DNA of 64,000 nucleotides from Candidatus Woesebacteria bacterium GW2011_GWB1_39_10 (GCA_000993205.1 LBVU01000003.1:21820-85819), one strand, 5' to 3'. Positions 45,015 through 56,148 are shown, numbered from the stretch's first letter. Made by a program: numbers and translations. Notes: generated from the sequence alone by a model not told the origin.

Positions 45015-47183
45015 TTATCCCCTTGCCATTGTTATCTTCCCCGCTTTAGCTACAATTAGTGCCGTAATATGAGAAGGAACTTCGTCATAGTGTGAAGGCT
45101 CAACATAGGCGCGGGCTCTGCCTTGCGTCAAGGACCTTAGTTTTGTAGCATAACCGGAAAGCTCCGCAAGAGGAACAACTCCGTAAATTACGGTTTCGCC
45201 GGCTTTTTCTTCACTTCCTGATATTTGGGCGCGCTTACTGGAAAGATCCCCAATAACGTCCCCCATGTATTCACCCGGTGTAAATACTTCAACCTTCATA
45301 ATAGGCTCAAGAAGAGTCGGATCGGAGTGCTTAAAAGCATCCTCCAAGGCCATCGAGCCGGCTATTTTAAATGCCATTTCTGAGGAGTCAACTTCGTGGA
45401 AACTTCCGTCAAATACCACCACTCTCATGTCAACCATGGGAAAACCCGCCATGACGCCATTTTCCATCTTTTCTTTGACACCTTTTTCAATCGGACCTAT
45501 ATACTCCTGAGGAATGGCGCCTCCTTTGATTTCACTTTTATACTCAAATCCTTCTCCGCGACCAAGAGGCTCAAGCCGAAGCAGACAGTGTCCATACTGT
45601 CCGCGACCTCCGGTTTGTCTTATATATTTACCTTCACCTTCACCTATTTTCTTGATAGTTTCTTTATAGGCTACCTGAGGTGCACCTGTGGTTGCTTCGA
45701 CATTGAATTCACGCTTCATGCGGTCTACGAGCACTTCCAATTGCAATTCTCCCATTCCGGAAATAATCGTTTGGCCGGTTTCCGGGTTAGATTTAATCCT
45801 GAATGTGGGATCTTCATCCGAAAGCTTGCTTAGGGCTATTCCCATTTTTTCCTGATCGCTTTTGGTTGCAGGCTCAATGGCCAATGAAATAACAGGCTCG
45901 GGAAAACTGATTGACTCTAAGACTATTGGATGAGCAGACTCACAAATTGTATCCCCGGTTGAAGTTTCTTTTACTCCTACAACAGCTACGATTTCCCCGG
46001 CAAAAGTTTCTTCGATAAGCTCACGCTGATCGGCGTGCAAAAGAACCAGTTTACCAATCCTTTCGTATTTTTGTTTGGTTGAGTTGTAGACTTCCTGTCC
46101 CGATTTAATTGAACCTGAATAAACCCTCATGTAGACAAGGCGGCCTACATGCGGATCGGTCATAACTTTGAATGCCAAAGCGCTCATTGGGGCCTCAGAT
46201 TTTCTTTCTCTTTTTTCCGTCTCACCGGTTTTTGGATTGGTTCCGGTCACAGGGGGAAGATCTATTGGAGATGGTAAGAACTCGATTACTCCATCCAAAA
46301 GTAATTGACTTTCTGCGGTTCTATTGTCTCCTCCGAAAACCGGGAAGAATTTACCGGAAATTACTCCTTTTCGGATTGCCCTTTTAAGGGTATTTGCATC
46401 CGGCTCTTTGCCTTCCAGATATGAATTCAGAGCCTCGTCGTCATATTCGGAAACTTTTTCTATAAGTTCGGCGCGGTATCTGCCGGCCATTTCAACTAGG
46501 TCTGCCGGGATCTCTTCTTCGGTTAACGCATGATCCTCGACCGCCTTGTAAGTTAAGGCCTTCATTGTAATAAGGTTCACCACTCCCCTGTGTTCATGTT
46601 CCTGCCCGATGGGGATTATTACAGGGGATGCATTGGCCTTAAGTCTTTCTCTGATAGATTTTATTGAACCTTCAAAATCGGCGCCAATCAGATTTAATTT
46701 ATTTAGAACGCAGATTCTGGGAACATTATATTTGTCTGCCTGTCTCCAAACCGTTTCGGATTGGGATTCAACTCCGGTTCTACCATCAAAGACCATAAGG
46801 GCGCCGTCCAAAACTCGGAGAGAACGTTCTACCTCTGCTGTGAAATCGATATGTCCCGGTGTGTCGATTAAATTTATGCGGTAGTGGCCGGCTTCAACTG
46901 AAGTGGTGGTTTTTAGATCCCAGAAAGCGGTGATTGCGGCAGAAACGATTGTTATTCCTCGCTCGCGTTCCTGGGCCATCCAGTCTGTTACAGTCGTACC
47001 TTCGTCAACTGAACCTTGTTTATAAGTCCTGCCTGTTTCAAACAAAAGTCTTTCTGTAGTTGTAGTTTTACCGGCATCGATATGGGCAATAATGCCGATG
47101 TTTCTGATTTTTTCATAGGAAACATTGCGATCTTTTGTCGCAGTCATTACTATCGCCGCTTTTTTCTTTGCAACCTCAGCCAT
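45015..47183 (-). CDS. fusA: Elongation factor G with altered G4/G5 motifs
   Basis: AHIDAGKTT, RGITI, DTPGH and HEVDSSE motifs; str-operon position. Confidence 0.97.
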   Translation of the reverse strand: MAEVAKKKAAIVMTATKDRNVSYEKIRNIGIIAHIDAGKTTTTERLLFETGRTYKQGSVDEGTTVTDWMAQERERGITIVSAAITAFWDLKTTTSVEAGHYRINLIDTPGHIDFTAEVERSLRVLDGALMVFDGRTGVESQSETVWRQADKYNVPRICVLNKLNLIGADFEGSIKSIRERLKANASPVIIPIGQEHEHRGVVNLITMKALTYKAVEDHALTEEEIPADLVEMAGRYRAELIEKVSEYDDEALNSYLEGKEPDANTLKRAIRKGVISGKFFPVFGGDNRTAESQLLLDGVIEFLPSPIDLPPVTGTNPKTGETEKRERKSEAPMSALAFKVMTDPHVGRLVYMRVYSGSIKSGQEVYNSTKQKYERIGKLVLLHADQRELIEETFAGEIVAVVGVKETSTGDTICESAHPIVLESISFPEPVISLAIEPATKSDQEKMGIALSKLSDEDPTFRIKSNPETGQTIISGMGELQLEVLVDRMKREFNVEATTGAPQVAYKETIKKIGEGEGKYIRQTGGRGQYGHCLLRLEPLGRGEGFEYKSEIKGGAIPQEYIGPIEKGVKEKMENGVMAGFPMVDMRVVVFDGSFHEVDSSEMAFKIAGSMALEDAFKHSDPTLLEPIMKVEVFTPGEYMGDVIGDLSSKRAQISGSEEKAGETVIYGVVPLAELSGYATKLRSLTQGRARAYVEPSHYDEVPSHITALIVAKAGKITMARG

Positions 47184-47407
47184 ATTTTAGAGCCTAGATA
47201 CTAGATATTAGATACTAAGAGTTATTTCAAACCCTCATTATATTCGGGTTTGAGCGAACCATCGAACTCATATAACTGTCTGAAGACAATTATAGGAGAA
47301 CAAAAAACAAACTTCCAATCGGAAGCAAGAGTGATTTTAACAGTGACCAAGCTTTAAATCAATGTCCTATTGACAAGATTTGGAAGTTGGTTTAAATTCC
47401 CAATAAG

Positions 47408-47974
47408 ATGCCGTCTACTGAAAGAGTCGAAACCGGTCCAAAACATATAGATTTTCACAATTTTATTGTAACTCAAATACTTCATTTGGGAATTATAAAA
47501 GGATTCCCGCCCCATCATTTACAACTCGGCTCTACAATTGAAAAAGAGAGAGAAAATGGAACAATGGTACAAGAGATAATTCCTTATGTTTTGGGTACCA
47601 TCAAGCAAACGGATTTGAGGGCGGCGTACGGACATGACTTCTTGCTCCACAACCCTCATGATGAAACCGAAAAGGTTTCTTATCTTGTCCGGACGGCTCG
47701 GATGTTTGGCGCCGACGGTGAGGCTACATATAATGTAGCAGTCTGCAGAATTCCATCCCCACATAAGTTCGAAAACAAAAAGACGTGGGTTACAGAAACG
47801 GTAAACAATACTATAAACCCTTATTTAAGCCAAATGGGGTTTGAATCCGAAAAAACGGAATTCCCCACTATATTGATTTCAATGCACGATCAATCATTAA
47901 CGGTTAGTTACAAAGGGGAGCTGGATGAGTTTTTGGGGGAGATTTACTCTTCTTTCCCCGACGAATCGGAGTAA
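47408..47974 (+). CDS. Hypothetical protein inserted antisense between rpsG and fusA
   Basis: 188-aa ORF with its own TTGACA at 47370-47375. Confidence 0.7.
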   Translation: MPSTERVETGPKHIDFHNFIVTQILHLGIIKGFPPHHLQLGSTIEKERENGTMVQEIIPYVLGTIKQTDLRAAYGHDFLLHNPHDETEKVSYLVRTARMFGADGEATYNVAVCRIPSPHKFENKKTWVTETVNNTINPYLSQMGFESEKTEFPTILISMHDQSLTVSYKGELDEFLGEIYSSFPDESE

Positions 47975-47975
47975 T

Positions 47976-48455
47976 TTACCACCTGAAGTGACTGAATGCT
48001 TTATTTGCTTCTGCAACTTTTTCTACATCTGTCCTCTTTTTAACAGAGACTCCCTCGCCTTTGGCTGCATCCATAATTTCTGATGCTAACTTGTCCGCAT
48101 AGGTGTGGAATTCTGTGTTTGATTTGGAATTTGCGGCGGCAACAAGCCATCTAATTCCAAGGGATTCGCGTCTTGGGCCACGGACTTGTTGGGGCACCTG
48201 ATAAGCCGCTCCACCGACACGGCGAGGGCGAACCTCCATGGTCGGTTTGATATTTTCCATGGCGCGGTCAAAAATAATGACGGGGTCTTCACCTGATTTT
48301 TCCCTAATAAGCTCCATTGCACCATAAACTTCTCTACGGGAAACGGATTTCTTGCCATCCTTCATACTCCTGTTTATTAATTTTGTCAGCAAACGGCTCC
48401 CGTAAATCGGATCAACATCTGCTATTTTTAACTTTATTTGTCCTTTTCTTGCCAT
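47976..48455 (-). CDS. rpsG: 30S ribosomal protein S7
   Basis: DGKKS, RRVGGAAYQVP and ANKAFSHFRW motifs. Confidence 0.97.
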   Translation of the reverse strand: MARKGQIKLKIADVDPIYGSRLLTKLINRSMKDGKKSVSRREVYGAMELIREKSGEDPVIIFDRAMENIKPTMEVRPRRVGGAAYQVPQQVRGPRRESLGIRWLVAAANSKSNTEFHTYADKLASEIMDAAKGEGVSVKKRTDVEKVAEANKAFSHFRW

Positions 48456-48464
48456 TTTTTTATA

Positions 48465-48911
48465 TTACGCTGCCGGCGCCGGTTTTGCTCCAACTTTAAC
48501 CTGTCCGCTTTTCTTGGCGCCATACTTACTCCTACTGGTCACCCGTCCTGTTACACCCGTCGTATCAAATTTACCTCGGACTATGTGATATTTTACTCCC
48601 CCTAAATCTTTTACACGCCCGCCGCGGACTAAAACAATTGAATGTTCGGCAAGCTCGTGGCCTTCTCCGGGAATATACGCCGTAATTTCCTGTTTATTTG
48701 ACAGACGGACGCGGGCAACCTTTCGAAGTGCTGAGTTTGGCTTTCTGGGAGTCATTGTTCGAACCGCAAGAACCACCCCTCTTTTAAAAGACGAGGACGA
48801 TTCTTTGAAAGTTCTATCCTTTGCGTTAAACCATCGCTTAAGAGAAGTTGTCTTAACTTTCTTGATGTTTCTTTTTCTCCCCTTCCTTGTTAATTGATTT
48901 ATCGTTGGCAT
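48465..48911 (-). CDS. rpsL: 30S ribosomal protein S12
   Basis: [21 protein letters not shown] and RGGRVKDL motifs. Confidence 0.98.
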   Translation of the reverse strand: MPTINQLTRKGRKRNIKKVKTTSLKRWFNAKDRTFKESSSSFKRGVVLAVRTMTPRKPNSALRKVARVRLSNKQEITAYIPGEGHELAEHSIVLVRGGRVKDLGGVKYHIVRGKFDTTGVTGRVTSRSKYGAKKSGQVKVGAKPAPAA

Positions 48912-48912
48912 A

Positions 48913-51900
48913 TTAATTATTTTGAGACATCATTGCCCGTTCCACACTCACCGGAATTAATCTTCCGATTATAACGTTCTCTTTAAGCCCGATAAGTTTG
49001 TCTTCGCGTCCCAAAAGCGAGGCCTCGGTTAGAACATCTGTGGTCTGTTCAAAAGATGCCGCAGACAACCAGCTTTCAGTGTAAAGAGCGCGACGGGTAA
49101 TTCCTAAAACTACTTGCTGGGCGCTTGCGGGTTCCCCCCCTGCCGCTAAAACTTTTTCATTTTCCTCTTCGAACGAGGCGCGACTTGTAAGTTCCCCCGG
49201 AAGAAATGGAGTGTCCCCGGTGGTAACAATTCTAACTTCGTCGCTCATCTTCCTGACAATAACCTCAAAATGTTTATCGTTTATCGGAATTCCCTGAGAT
49301 TCGTAAACTTTTTGAATTTCATGTACTAAATATTCCTGAGCCGCCCTAAGCCCCCTGATTGAAAGAATGTCTTTTATATCCAATGGACCTTTTGCAAGAG
49401 CAGCCCCTGCTTCAATCAATTGCCCGTCTTCTACTGCAAGTTGCAAAGTCTTGGGAATAATATATTCCTTTTCTTCTTTAGGAGTACCTTTTGATACAAT
49501 TGTAACTTTCCAACCCTCTTCGCTTTCACCGACGCGTACTTTTCCATTGATTTCAGAAAGAGCCGAAACAACTTTAGGAATACGGGACTCAACCAGCTCT
49601 TCCACCCTCGGAAGTCCTTGGGTAACGTCGATTCCGACAACTCCTGCCGCATGCTTGGTACGAAGTGTAAGTTGAGTTCCCGGTTCTCCGATAGATTGAG
49701 CCGCGACTACCCCAACCGGCATACCAATATCCACAAGCTTCTTGGTACTTATGTCCCAACCATAACATTTCTGACAGATGCCGTATCTGGCTTTACAAGT
49801 AAGGGCTGACCTGACCTCGACCGTAGAGACCCCGTTTTCATCAATTTTCTTGGCTTTTTCTTCATCAATTAAGTCCCCGCCGGATACCAAAACCGTTTTA
49901 TTGTTTTTGCCTAGAATGTCCTTTGCTGCAATTCTTCCCAAAATTCTGGCGTAAAAAGCTTGTGTACGCACATCCTTCATTATTGTATAGCCATCTTTAG
50001 CCCCACAATCCTCAAGTCTAACCAAAACGTCGTGAGCTACGTCAACCAAACGCCTTGTTAAGTATCCCGCGTCAGCTGTCTTGATGGCGGTGTCTGTTAG
50101 TCCTTTTCTTGATCCACGGCTTGAGGTTACGTATTCGAAAATGGAAAGCCCTTCTCTAAAGTTGGACTTAATCGGAAGGTCAACTATTTTTCCAAGTGGA
50201 TCGACAACTAACCCTCTAATGGCTGCCAGCTGCTTGACCTGATCACGGGACGCACGTCCGACTTTGGCGTCAATAACAACACGAATCGGATTTGTGGGTT
50301 CCAAAAGGGCCCATGTTTTATCAGCGAGATCTTCGCTGGTTTCTATCCATACCTCCTGTGTCAGACGCCTCTTTTCCTCTGCTGTAATAAGACCCTCTGC
50401 GAAGTTGTCCTCAATTTCGGAAACTCTTTTATCCGCCGCCCCAAGCACATCTGCCTTGCCCGGATAAACTTTGGCATCAAATATCCCAAACGAAATTCCG
50501 GAAATTGTTCCGCCAAAGAATCCCAAATCCTTAATATCGTCAACCATTTGTACCACTCTTTCTTTAGAAACTGTTGCATAGGCTTTCACAAAAAGGCTTT
50601 TAATTGCAGAGGAAGTTGCGGCCTCGTTAAAGAACTCAAAATTTTCAGGAAGAACCTCATTAAGAAGGAGCCTCCCGGGGGTGGTGTCAATCATTTTATC
50701 CCCAATCCTGACTGTTATTTTCTGTCTCACTTCAATCATTCCCGCTTGATAGGCATAAACTGCTTCGTCTTTATCGCCAAAAATTGTTTGGCTCACGGGG
50801 ATTCTGTCGTCTTCACTCGTCAAGTAATAGGCCCCTAGAGCAATCTCCTTACTCGAAGGAGTAGCTACAGGAGACCCGTCGGAAGGACGCAAAAGATTGT
50901 TGGACGGAAGCATTAAGGTTCTGGCCTCTTCAATTGCTTTCTCTGAAAGAGGAACGTGAACTGCCATTTGATCTCCGTCAAAATCAGCGTTAAATCCGGC
51001 ACAAACTGCCGGATGGAGCCTTATAGCACTACCCTCAATAAGGACAGGGTAAAAAGCTTGAATAGAAAGCTTGTGCAAGGTTGGGGCACGGTTAAGAAGA
51101 ACTGGATGATTTTTTGTAATCTCCTCCAAAATATCAAAAACTTCGGGGGGGCGCCTATCAAGCATATTTTTTGCGCTTTTAACGTTTGGTGCAATTCCTC
51201 TGGCAATCATTTCCCTTAATACAAAGGGCTTGAACATCTCAAGCGCCATATCTTTAGGAAGTCCACACTGAGTAAGTTTAAGTTCGGGGCCTACAATAAT
51301 AACACTTCGGCCCGAATAGTCGACCCTTTTACCCAAAAGGTTCTGTCTAAATCTTCCCTGCTTTCCACGAAGCATATCACTCAGTGACCTTAGTGGTTGT
51401 CTACCACGCGACTTTCTGGTGGCTTTTCTTTGAGATGCGTCAATTAACGAGTCGACGGCTTCTTGAAGCATTCTTTTTTCATTTCTCAAAATTATCTCGG
51501 GGGCGCCGAGTCCAATTAAATGTTTAAGTCTGTTATTTCTATTGATTACCCTTCTATAAAGATCGTTGAGATCGCTTGTAGCAAAGCGTCCACCGGAAAG
51601 TTGAACCATGGGTCTTAAGTCCGGGGGAAGCACCGGCAAAACCTTAAGAACCATCCAGGACGGATTAACTTTGGCACGTCTAAGTCCATCGACAAGCTTG
51701 AGCCTTTTAACTAATTTTACATACTTAGAACTACCGCTTTTGATTAAATTAATCTCTTCACGAAGTGTCTTTGTTATTTCTTCCAGATTGATTTTTTCGA
51801 TAGCAGAAAGAACTGCGTCTGCTCCCATCTTGGCGGTAAAAAACCCAGAAGCATCGTGTGCATAAAGTTCATCATATTCTTCCTCGCTTAGAATACTTAA

Positions 51901-52635
51901 AGTTTTTAAACTTTTTATTACAGACGAAAGATTGTCAAAAAGTTGCTCGGTTTTTACAACAGTTCCCTTTTCTTCTTCACTGATCGCAGTCTCTTTCTTT
52001 CGAAGATTGAGTTCGATCTCAGAAACGGCCAGGGAAGCTTGTTCTTTGTCTTTAATTTTGTTCGCAATTTTTTCCTTGGCCTCTTTTTCCTCAACCTTTA
52101 AAGCGTCGTGCCTAGATTTAAAATCTTCAACGATTTCACCAAGTCTCGCATTTTTAGCTTTTTCAATATTTGCAATTGCGTCTTTTCGCTTTGCTTCGTC
52201 TACCTCTGTAACCAGATATCTTGCAAAATAGACTACTTGTTCAACTCCTCTGGGAGCAACTCCCAAAAGAAGCGATATTTTACTAGGCGCTCCTTTGAAA
52301 AACCAAACGTGAGCCACGGGAGATGCCAAAGTAATATGACCCATTCTTTCACGCCTGACCCTGGATTGGGTGATTTCGACCCCACATTTGTCGCAAATAA
52401 CACCCTTATACCTAATTCTTTTATACTTTCCGCAATAACATTCCCAATCCTTGGTGGGACCGAAGATTCTTTCATCAAAAAGGCCGTCTTTTTCGGGTTT
52501 TAAAGTTCGATAATTAATTGTCTCTGGTTTGGTAATTTCTCCACGAGACCAAGCTCTGATTTCGTCGGGCGACGCAAATCTTATTAATAAGCTTTTAAAA
52601 TCCGCTAAATTTTTTAGATCAGCTAATTGTTCCAT
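48913..52635 (-). CDS. rpoC: RNA polymerase beta' subunit
   Basis: Zn finger CYCGKY..CDKC; [19 protein letters not shown] and GLKENVIIG motifs. Confidence 0.99.
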   Translation of the reverse strand: MEQLADLKNLADFKSLLIRFASPDEIRAWSRGEITKPETINYRTLKPEKDGLFDERIFGPTKDWECYCGKYKRIRYKGVICDKCGVEITQSRVRRERMGHITLASPVAHVWFFKGAPSKISLLLGVAPRGVEQVVYFARYLVTEVDEAKRKDAIANIEKAKNARLGEIVEDFKSRHDALKVEEKEAKEKIANKIKDKEQASLAVSEIELNLRKKETAISEEEKGTVVKTEQLFDNLSSVIKSLKTLSILSEEEYDELYAHDASGFFTAKMGADAVLSAIEKINLEEITKTLREEINLIKSGSSKYVKLVKRLKLVDGLRRAKVNPSWMVLKVLPVLPPDLRPMVQLSGGRFATSDLNDLYRRVINRNNRLKHLIGLGAPEIILRNEKRMLQEAVDSLIDASQRKATRKSRGRQPLRSLSDMLRGKQGRFRQNLLGKRVDYSGRSVIIVGPELKLTQCGLPKDMALEMFKPFVLREMIARGIAPNVKSAKNMLDRRPPEVFDILEEITKNHPVLLNRAPTLHKLSIQAFYPVLIEGSAIRLHPAVCAGFNADFDGDQMAVHVPLSEKAIEEARTLMLPSNNLLRPSDGSPVATPSSKEIALGAYYLTSEDDRIPVSQTIFGDKDEAVYAYQAGMIEVRQKITVRIGDKMIDTTPGRLLLNEVLPENFEFFNEAATSSAIKSLFVKAYATVSKERVVQMVDDIKDLGFFGGTISGISFGIFDAKVYPGKADVLGAADKRVSEIEDNFAEGLITAEEKRRLTQEVWIETSEDLADKTWALLEPTNPIRVVIDAKVGRASRDQVKQLAAIRGLVVDPLGKIVDLPIKSNFREGLSIFEYVTSSRGSRKGLTDTAIKTADAGYLTRRLVDVAHDVLVRLEDCGAKDGYTIMKDVRTQAFYARILGRIAAKDILGKNNKTVLVSGGDLIDEEKAKKIDENGVSTVEVRSALTCKARYGICQKCYGWDISTKKLVDIGMPVGVVAAQSIGEPGTQLTLRTKHAAGVVGIDVTQGLPRVEELVESRIPKVVSALSEINGKVRVGESEEGWKVTIVSKGTPKEEKEYIIPKTLQLAVEDGQLIEAGAALAKGPLDIKDILSIRGLRAAQEYLVHEIQKVYESQGIPINDKHFEVIVRKMSDEVRIVTTGDTPFLPGELTSRASFEEENEKVLAAGGEPASAQQVVLGITRRALYTESWLSAASFEQTTDVLTEASLLGREDKLIGLKENVIIGRLIPVSVERAMMSQNN

Positions 52636-52647
52636 AAGTGTTTGATT

Positions 52648-55600
52648 TTAAACTATAACCTCCTCGACTTCCATTGGTCCTTTATCAGCGGTTAATTCAT
52701 CTGTTGCCACTATTTCAGCCCCAGCGGCCTTTGCAAGTTCTAAGCCATCTTCACCTAAATTGTCGTCAGTTAAAGCAAGGCTTACCCCTTTAGGGTCAAC
52801 CGCCAAACTTAAGGAGTTAAGTTCACGAACAAGCACTTTGAAAGATTCAGGAATTGTAGATTCCGGAATCTCCACACCCTTAACTATTGCCTCAAAAGCT
52901 TTGGCACGTCCCAGTACGTCATCGGACTTAATAGTAAGCATTTCCTGTAATGTGTGACTCGCACGATGTGCCTCAAGTGCCCAAACCTCCATCTCTCCCA
53001 AACGTTGACCGCCCATTTGGGCTTTTCCTCCAAGGGGTTGTTGTGTAACAAGTGAGTACGGACCAGTAGATCTGGCATGAGTTTTATCCTCCACCATGTG
53101 AATCAACTTCATAATGTAACCAATCCCCACGACCGTATCTTCCTTAAAAGCCTCACCAGTCCTTCCGTCGTAAAGTCGGGATTTACCGTTTACAGAAAGA
53201 CCTGCGCTTTCCAGTTCTTGAGCAATAACATCTCCCCCAATTTTGTCAAAAACAGGGAGGGCGGCTTTCTCGCCTTTTTTATATAAGGCCCAACCAAGAT
53301 GTGTCTCCATTAGTTGCCCAAGATTCATACGCGAAATAACAGAAAGGGGAGAAATAACCACATCAACTGGAGTTCCATCAGCAAGATGGGGCATGTCGGC
53401 AACCGGCATCATCTTGGCAACAACTCCCTTATTACCGTGACGTCCGGCAATTTTGTCTCCGACTGTAATTTTCCTAATTTGAGCGACTCTAACTATTACC
53501 TTCTGGATTACTCCCGGTCCTAACTCGTCGCCCTTGTCTCTGTCAAGTGTTTGAACATCGACTATAATTCCCTTTTCTCCATGAGGGACTCTTAAGGAAG
53601 TATCGCGAACTTCACGGGCTTTTTCTCCAAAAATTGCCCTAAGAAGTCTTTCTTCCGAAGTAAGTTCTGTTTCGCCCTTAGGGGCAATTTTCCCGACCAA
53701 AATATCGTTCGGCCCCACCTCGGCCCCGATCATCACTATTCCATCACCTGCAAGATTGGCTAGTTCGGACTCGGAAACATTTGGTATATCGCTTGTAATT
53801 TCCTCGGGTCCAAGTTTTGTATCAACCACTTCTGCTTCATATTCTTCAATGTGAATTGAAGTCAAAAGATCTTCCTTGACAAGTCTTTCTGAAATCAAAA
53901 TAGCATCCTCAAAGCCATATCCACCGAAGTTTGCGTAGGCAACTATCAAGTTGCGTCCCAACCCAAGCTCACCGTCTTGGCTTGCCGGACCGTCAACCAA
54001 TAGATCTCCTGCTTCTACTTTTTGACCTGGAACGGCGCGTGCAATTTGATTGTATGCAGTCGAATGTGCGGTACGTTTAAACTTGGTCAAATGATAAATC
54101 TCCTTCTTACCTCCTTCGACGATCTCGACATCCTCTACATCGACCGTAGCATCTACCTCAGCTTTTTTGTCGAGCTTAACAACAACCTTTTCCCCATCAA
54201 TATATTCAACAACTCCAGCATGTTTTGCACGAATAACTCTTTGCATTCCCTCAGATATAGTTCTTTCCATACCAGTACCAACTATCGGAGACTCGGGGTT
54301 GACCAAAGGAACACTCTGACATTGCATGTTGCTTCCCATAAGGGCGCGGTTACCTTCGTCATTTGCCAAAAAGGGAATGAGGGAGGCGGAGGCTCCAACA
54401 ACTTCTCTCGGGGTGATGTCAATATACTCAACCAACTCGGCCGCTCCCTCTATAAACTTGCCCATGTATCTTAAAGGGACTCTACTATCGGTAATAAACC
54501 CATCTTTATCAACGCTTACTCCAGAATGAGTTATATATTTGTCTTCTTCGTCATCCGCAGTAAGATACACAATTTCGTCGGTTACTCTTACTTTTTTACC
54601 AACCTTTTCTACTTTTCTATATGGGGCTTGAATAAAACCAAACTCATCCACTTTAGCGTACAATGCCAAGTAGGTCACAAGTCCAATGTTTGGTCCTTCA
54701 GGCGACCTTACAGGATCGATTCGGCCGTATTGTGAAGCATTGACGTCGCGGATAGAAAAGCTCGCGCGCTCACGGTTGATTCCCCCGGTTCCCAGAACCG
54801 ATACACGTCTAAGATTGTCTACCTCACTTAGAGGGTTTGTGTCATCCAAAATTGTTGAAAGCTGGTTGCTTCTAAAGAATTCATTAAGAGAGGCAATCAG
54901 GGGACGGGCATTAATAAGATTTGCTGGGAGTGGTTTGTCATCCGGAGAAATCAAACTCATTTTTTCCTTGACGCTTCGCTCAAGTCTTAATAAACCAACA
55001 CGAAAAGCGTTGACTGCAACAAGCTCTCCGACACGCCTGAGCCTGCGATTGCTTAAATGATCAATATCGTCGAGTTTGCCTACTCCGTTTTGAAGTCCAA
55101 TAAGATAATTTATTGCCGCCACTACGTCCTGTTTAGTCAAAACCCAAGTCGATTTGTCGTTAGGAAGGTTGACTCCCAAGCGCTTATTAATTTTAAATCT
55201 TCCGACCTTTCCTAGGTCATACCTCCTACCGTCGGTAAACAATGTCTGGAAAAGAGTTTCCGCATTTTCTAAAACCGTCGGTTCTCCGGGTCTCATTTTT
55301 CTATAAACTTCAATCAAGGCCTCTTCTCTAGTTTTGGTTGAATCTTTAGCTAGAGTTGCTGCAATATATTTATGATCGGCGTTTTTATCCATCGCGCTAA
55401 AAGCGTTGGCAATATCCTGATCGGATTCAACACCAATCGCTCTCAAAAAAACCGTGGCTAAAACTTTTCTCCTACGGTCGATCCTTGCGTAAATTAAATC
55501 CCCCCTGGTAACTTCAAATTCAAGCCAGCTGCCGTGAAGAGGTCTAATTTCCGCTTTGTATAATACTCTGCCGCTTGAAGGGTCCAACTCTCCCGAAAAA

Positions 55601-56016
55601 TAGGCTCCTGAGGATCTAACAATTTGATTAATAACGGCGCGTTCAATTCCATTAACAATAAAGGTACCACGGGTTGTCATTTGGGGAATGTCGCCCAAAA
55701 ATACATCCTGGGTTACTTCTTTTCCTGTCTTTTTATTTACAAGGGTGGCGCGGATCTTTAGGGGACATGCATAAGTTATTCCTTTTTTCTGCGCTGTCAT
55801 GGGGGAAACTGTTGGGGCACCTAAGGAGTGATTACCTAGCGAGAGTTGCCAATTTTTGCCGGTAAAGTCGTCAATTGGCGAGACTTGAATTAGTTCTTCT
55901 TTAATACCTTCACCTAAAAATAATTGCCAACTTTCTGTTTGTACTTCAGATAGATTAATTTCTGGTAGGTTTTTTTCATCCTTGCCGAAATTGCGGCGAA
56001 TATTTTTTGACGTCAT
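52648..56016 (-). CDS. rpoB: RNA polymerase beta subunit
   Basis: PEGPNIGL, GDKIAGRHGNKG and GGQRLGEME motifs. Confidence 0.99.
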   Translation of the reverse strand: MTSKNIRRNFGKDEKNLPEINLSEVQTESWQLFLGEGIKEELIQVSPIDDFTGKNWQLSLGNHSLGAPTVSPMTAQKKGITYACPLKIRATLVNKKTGKEVTQDVFLGDIPQMTTRGTFIVNGIERAVINQIVRSSGAYFSGELDPSSGRVLYKAEIRPLHGSWLEFEVTRGDLIYARIDRRRKVLATVFLRAIGVESDQDIANAFSAMDKNADHKYIAATLAKDSTKTREEALIEVYRKMRPGEPTVLENAETLFQTLFTDGRRYDLGKVGRFKINKRLGVNLPNDKSTWVLTKQDVVAAINYLIGLQNGVGKLDDIDHLSNRRLRRVGELVAVNAFRVGLLRLERSVKEKMSLISPDDKPLPANLINARPLIASLNEFFRSNQLSTILDDTNPLSEVDNLRRVSVLGTGGINRERASFSIRDVNASQYGRIDPVRSPEGPNIGLVTYLALYAKVDEFGFIQAPYRKVEKVGKKVRVTDEIVYLTADDEEDKYITHSGVSVDKDGFITDSRVPLRYMGKFIEGAAELVEYIDITPREVVGASASLIPFLANDEGNRALMGSNMQCQSVPLVNPESPIVGTGMERTISEGMQRVIRAKHAGVVEYIDGEKVVVKLDKKAEVDATVDVEDVEIVEGGKKEIYHLTKFKRTAHSTAYNQIARAVPGQKVEAGDLLVDGPASQDGELGLGRNLIVAYANFGGYGFEDAILISERLVKEDLLTSIHIEEYEAEVVDTKLGPEEITSDIPNVSESELANLAGDGIVMIGAEVGPNDILVGKIAPKGETELTSEERLLRAIFGEKAREVRDTSLRVPHGEKGIIVDVQTLDRDKGDELGPGVIQKVIVRVAQIRKITVGDKIAGRHGNKGVVAKMMPVADMPHLADGTPVDVVISPLSVISRMNLGQLMETHLGWALYKKGEKAALPVFDKIGGDVIAQELESAGLSVNGKSRLYDGRTGEAFKEDTVVGIGYIMKLIHMVEDKTHARSTGPYSLVTQQPLGGKAQMGGQRLGEMEVWALEAHRASHTLQEMLTIKSDDVLGRAKAFEAIVKGVEIPESTIPESFKVLVRELNSLSLAVDPKGVSLALTDDNLGEDGLELAKAAGAEIVATDELTADKGPMEVEEVIV

Positions 56017-56106
56017 TTTTGTGGGTAATTTTTGCTTTTAAAACACTAAAGGCCCGTCACAAGATAGACACGGGTCGTGCGTACCATCTATGTACGCCTA
56101 GGGAGG

Positions 56107-56134
56107 ATTATAACTATATTTGAGGCTATGTCAA
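56107..56134 (-). promoter_or_regulatory. rpoB promoter TTGACA-16-TATAAT
   Basis: Consensus hexamers about 90 nt upstream of rpoB. Confidence 0.8.
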
Positions 56135-56148
56135 GGGGGAATATAGAC

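Noticed and set aside
23679-55865. Many 60-150 aa ORFs antisense or out of frame within r-protein, rpoBC, fusA and tuf genes
   Set aside because: Shadows of conserved genes with no motifs or expression signals.
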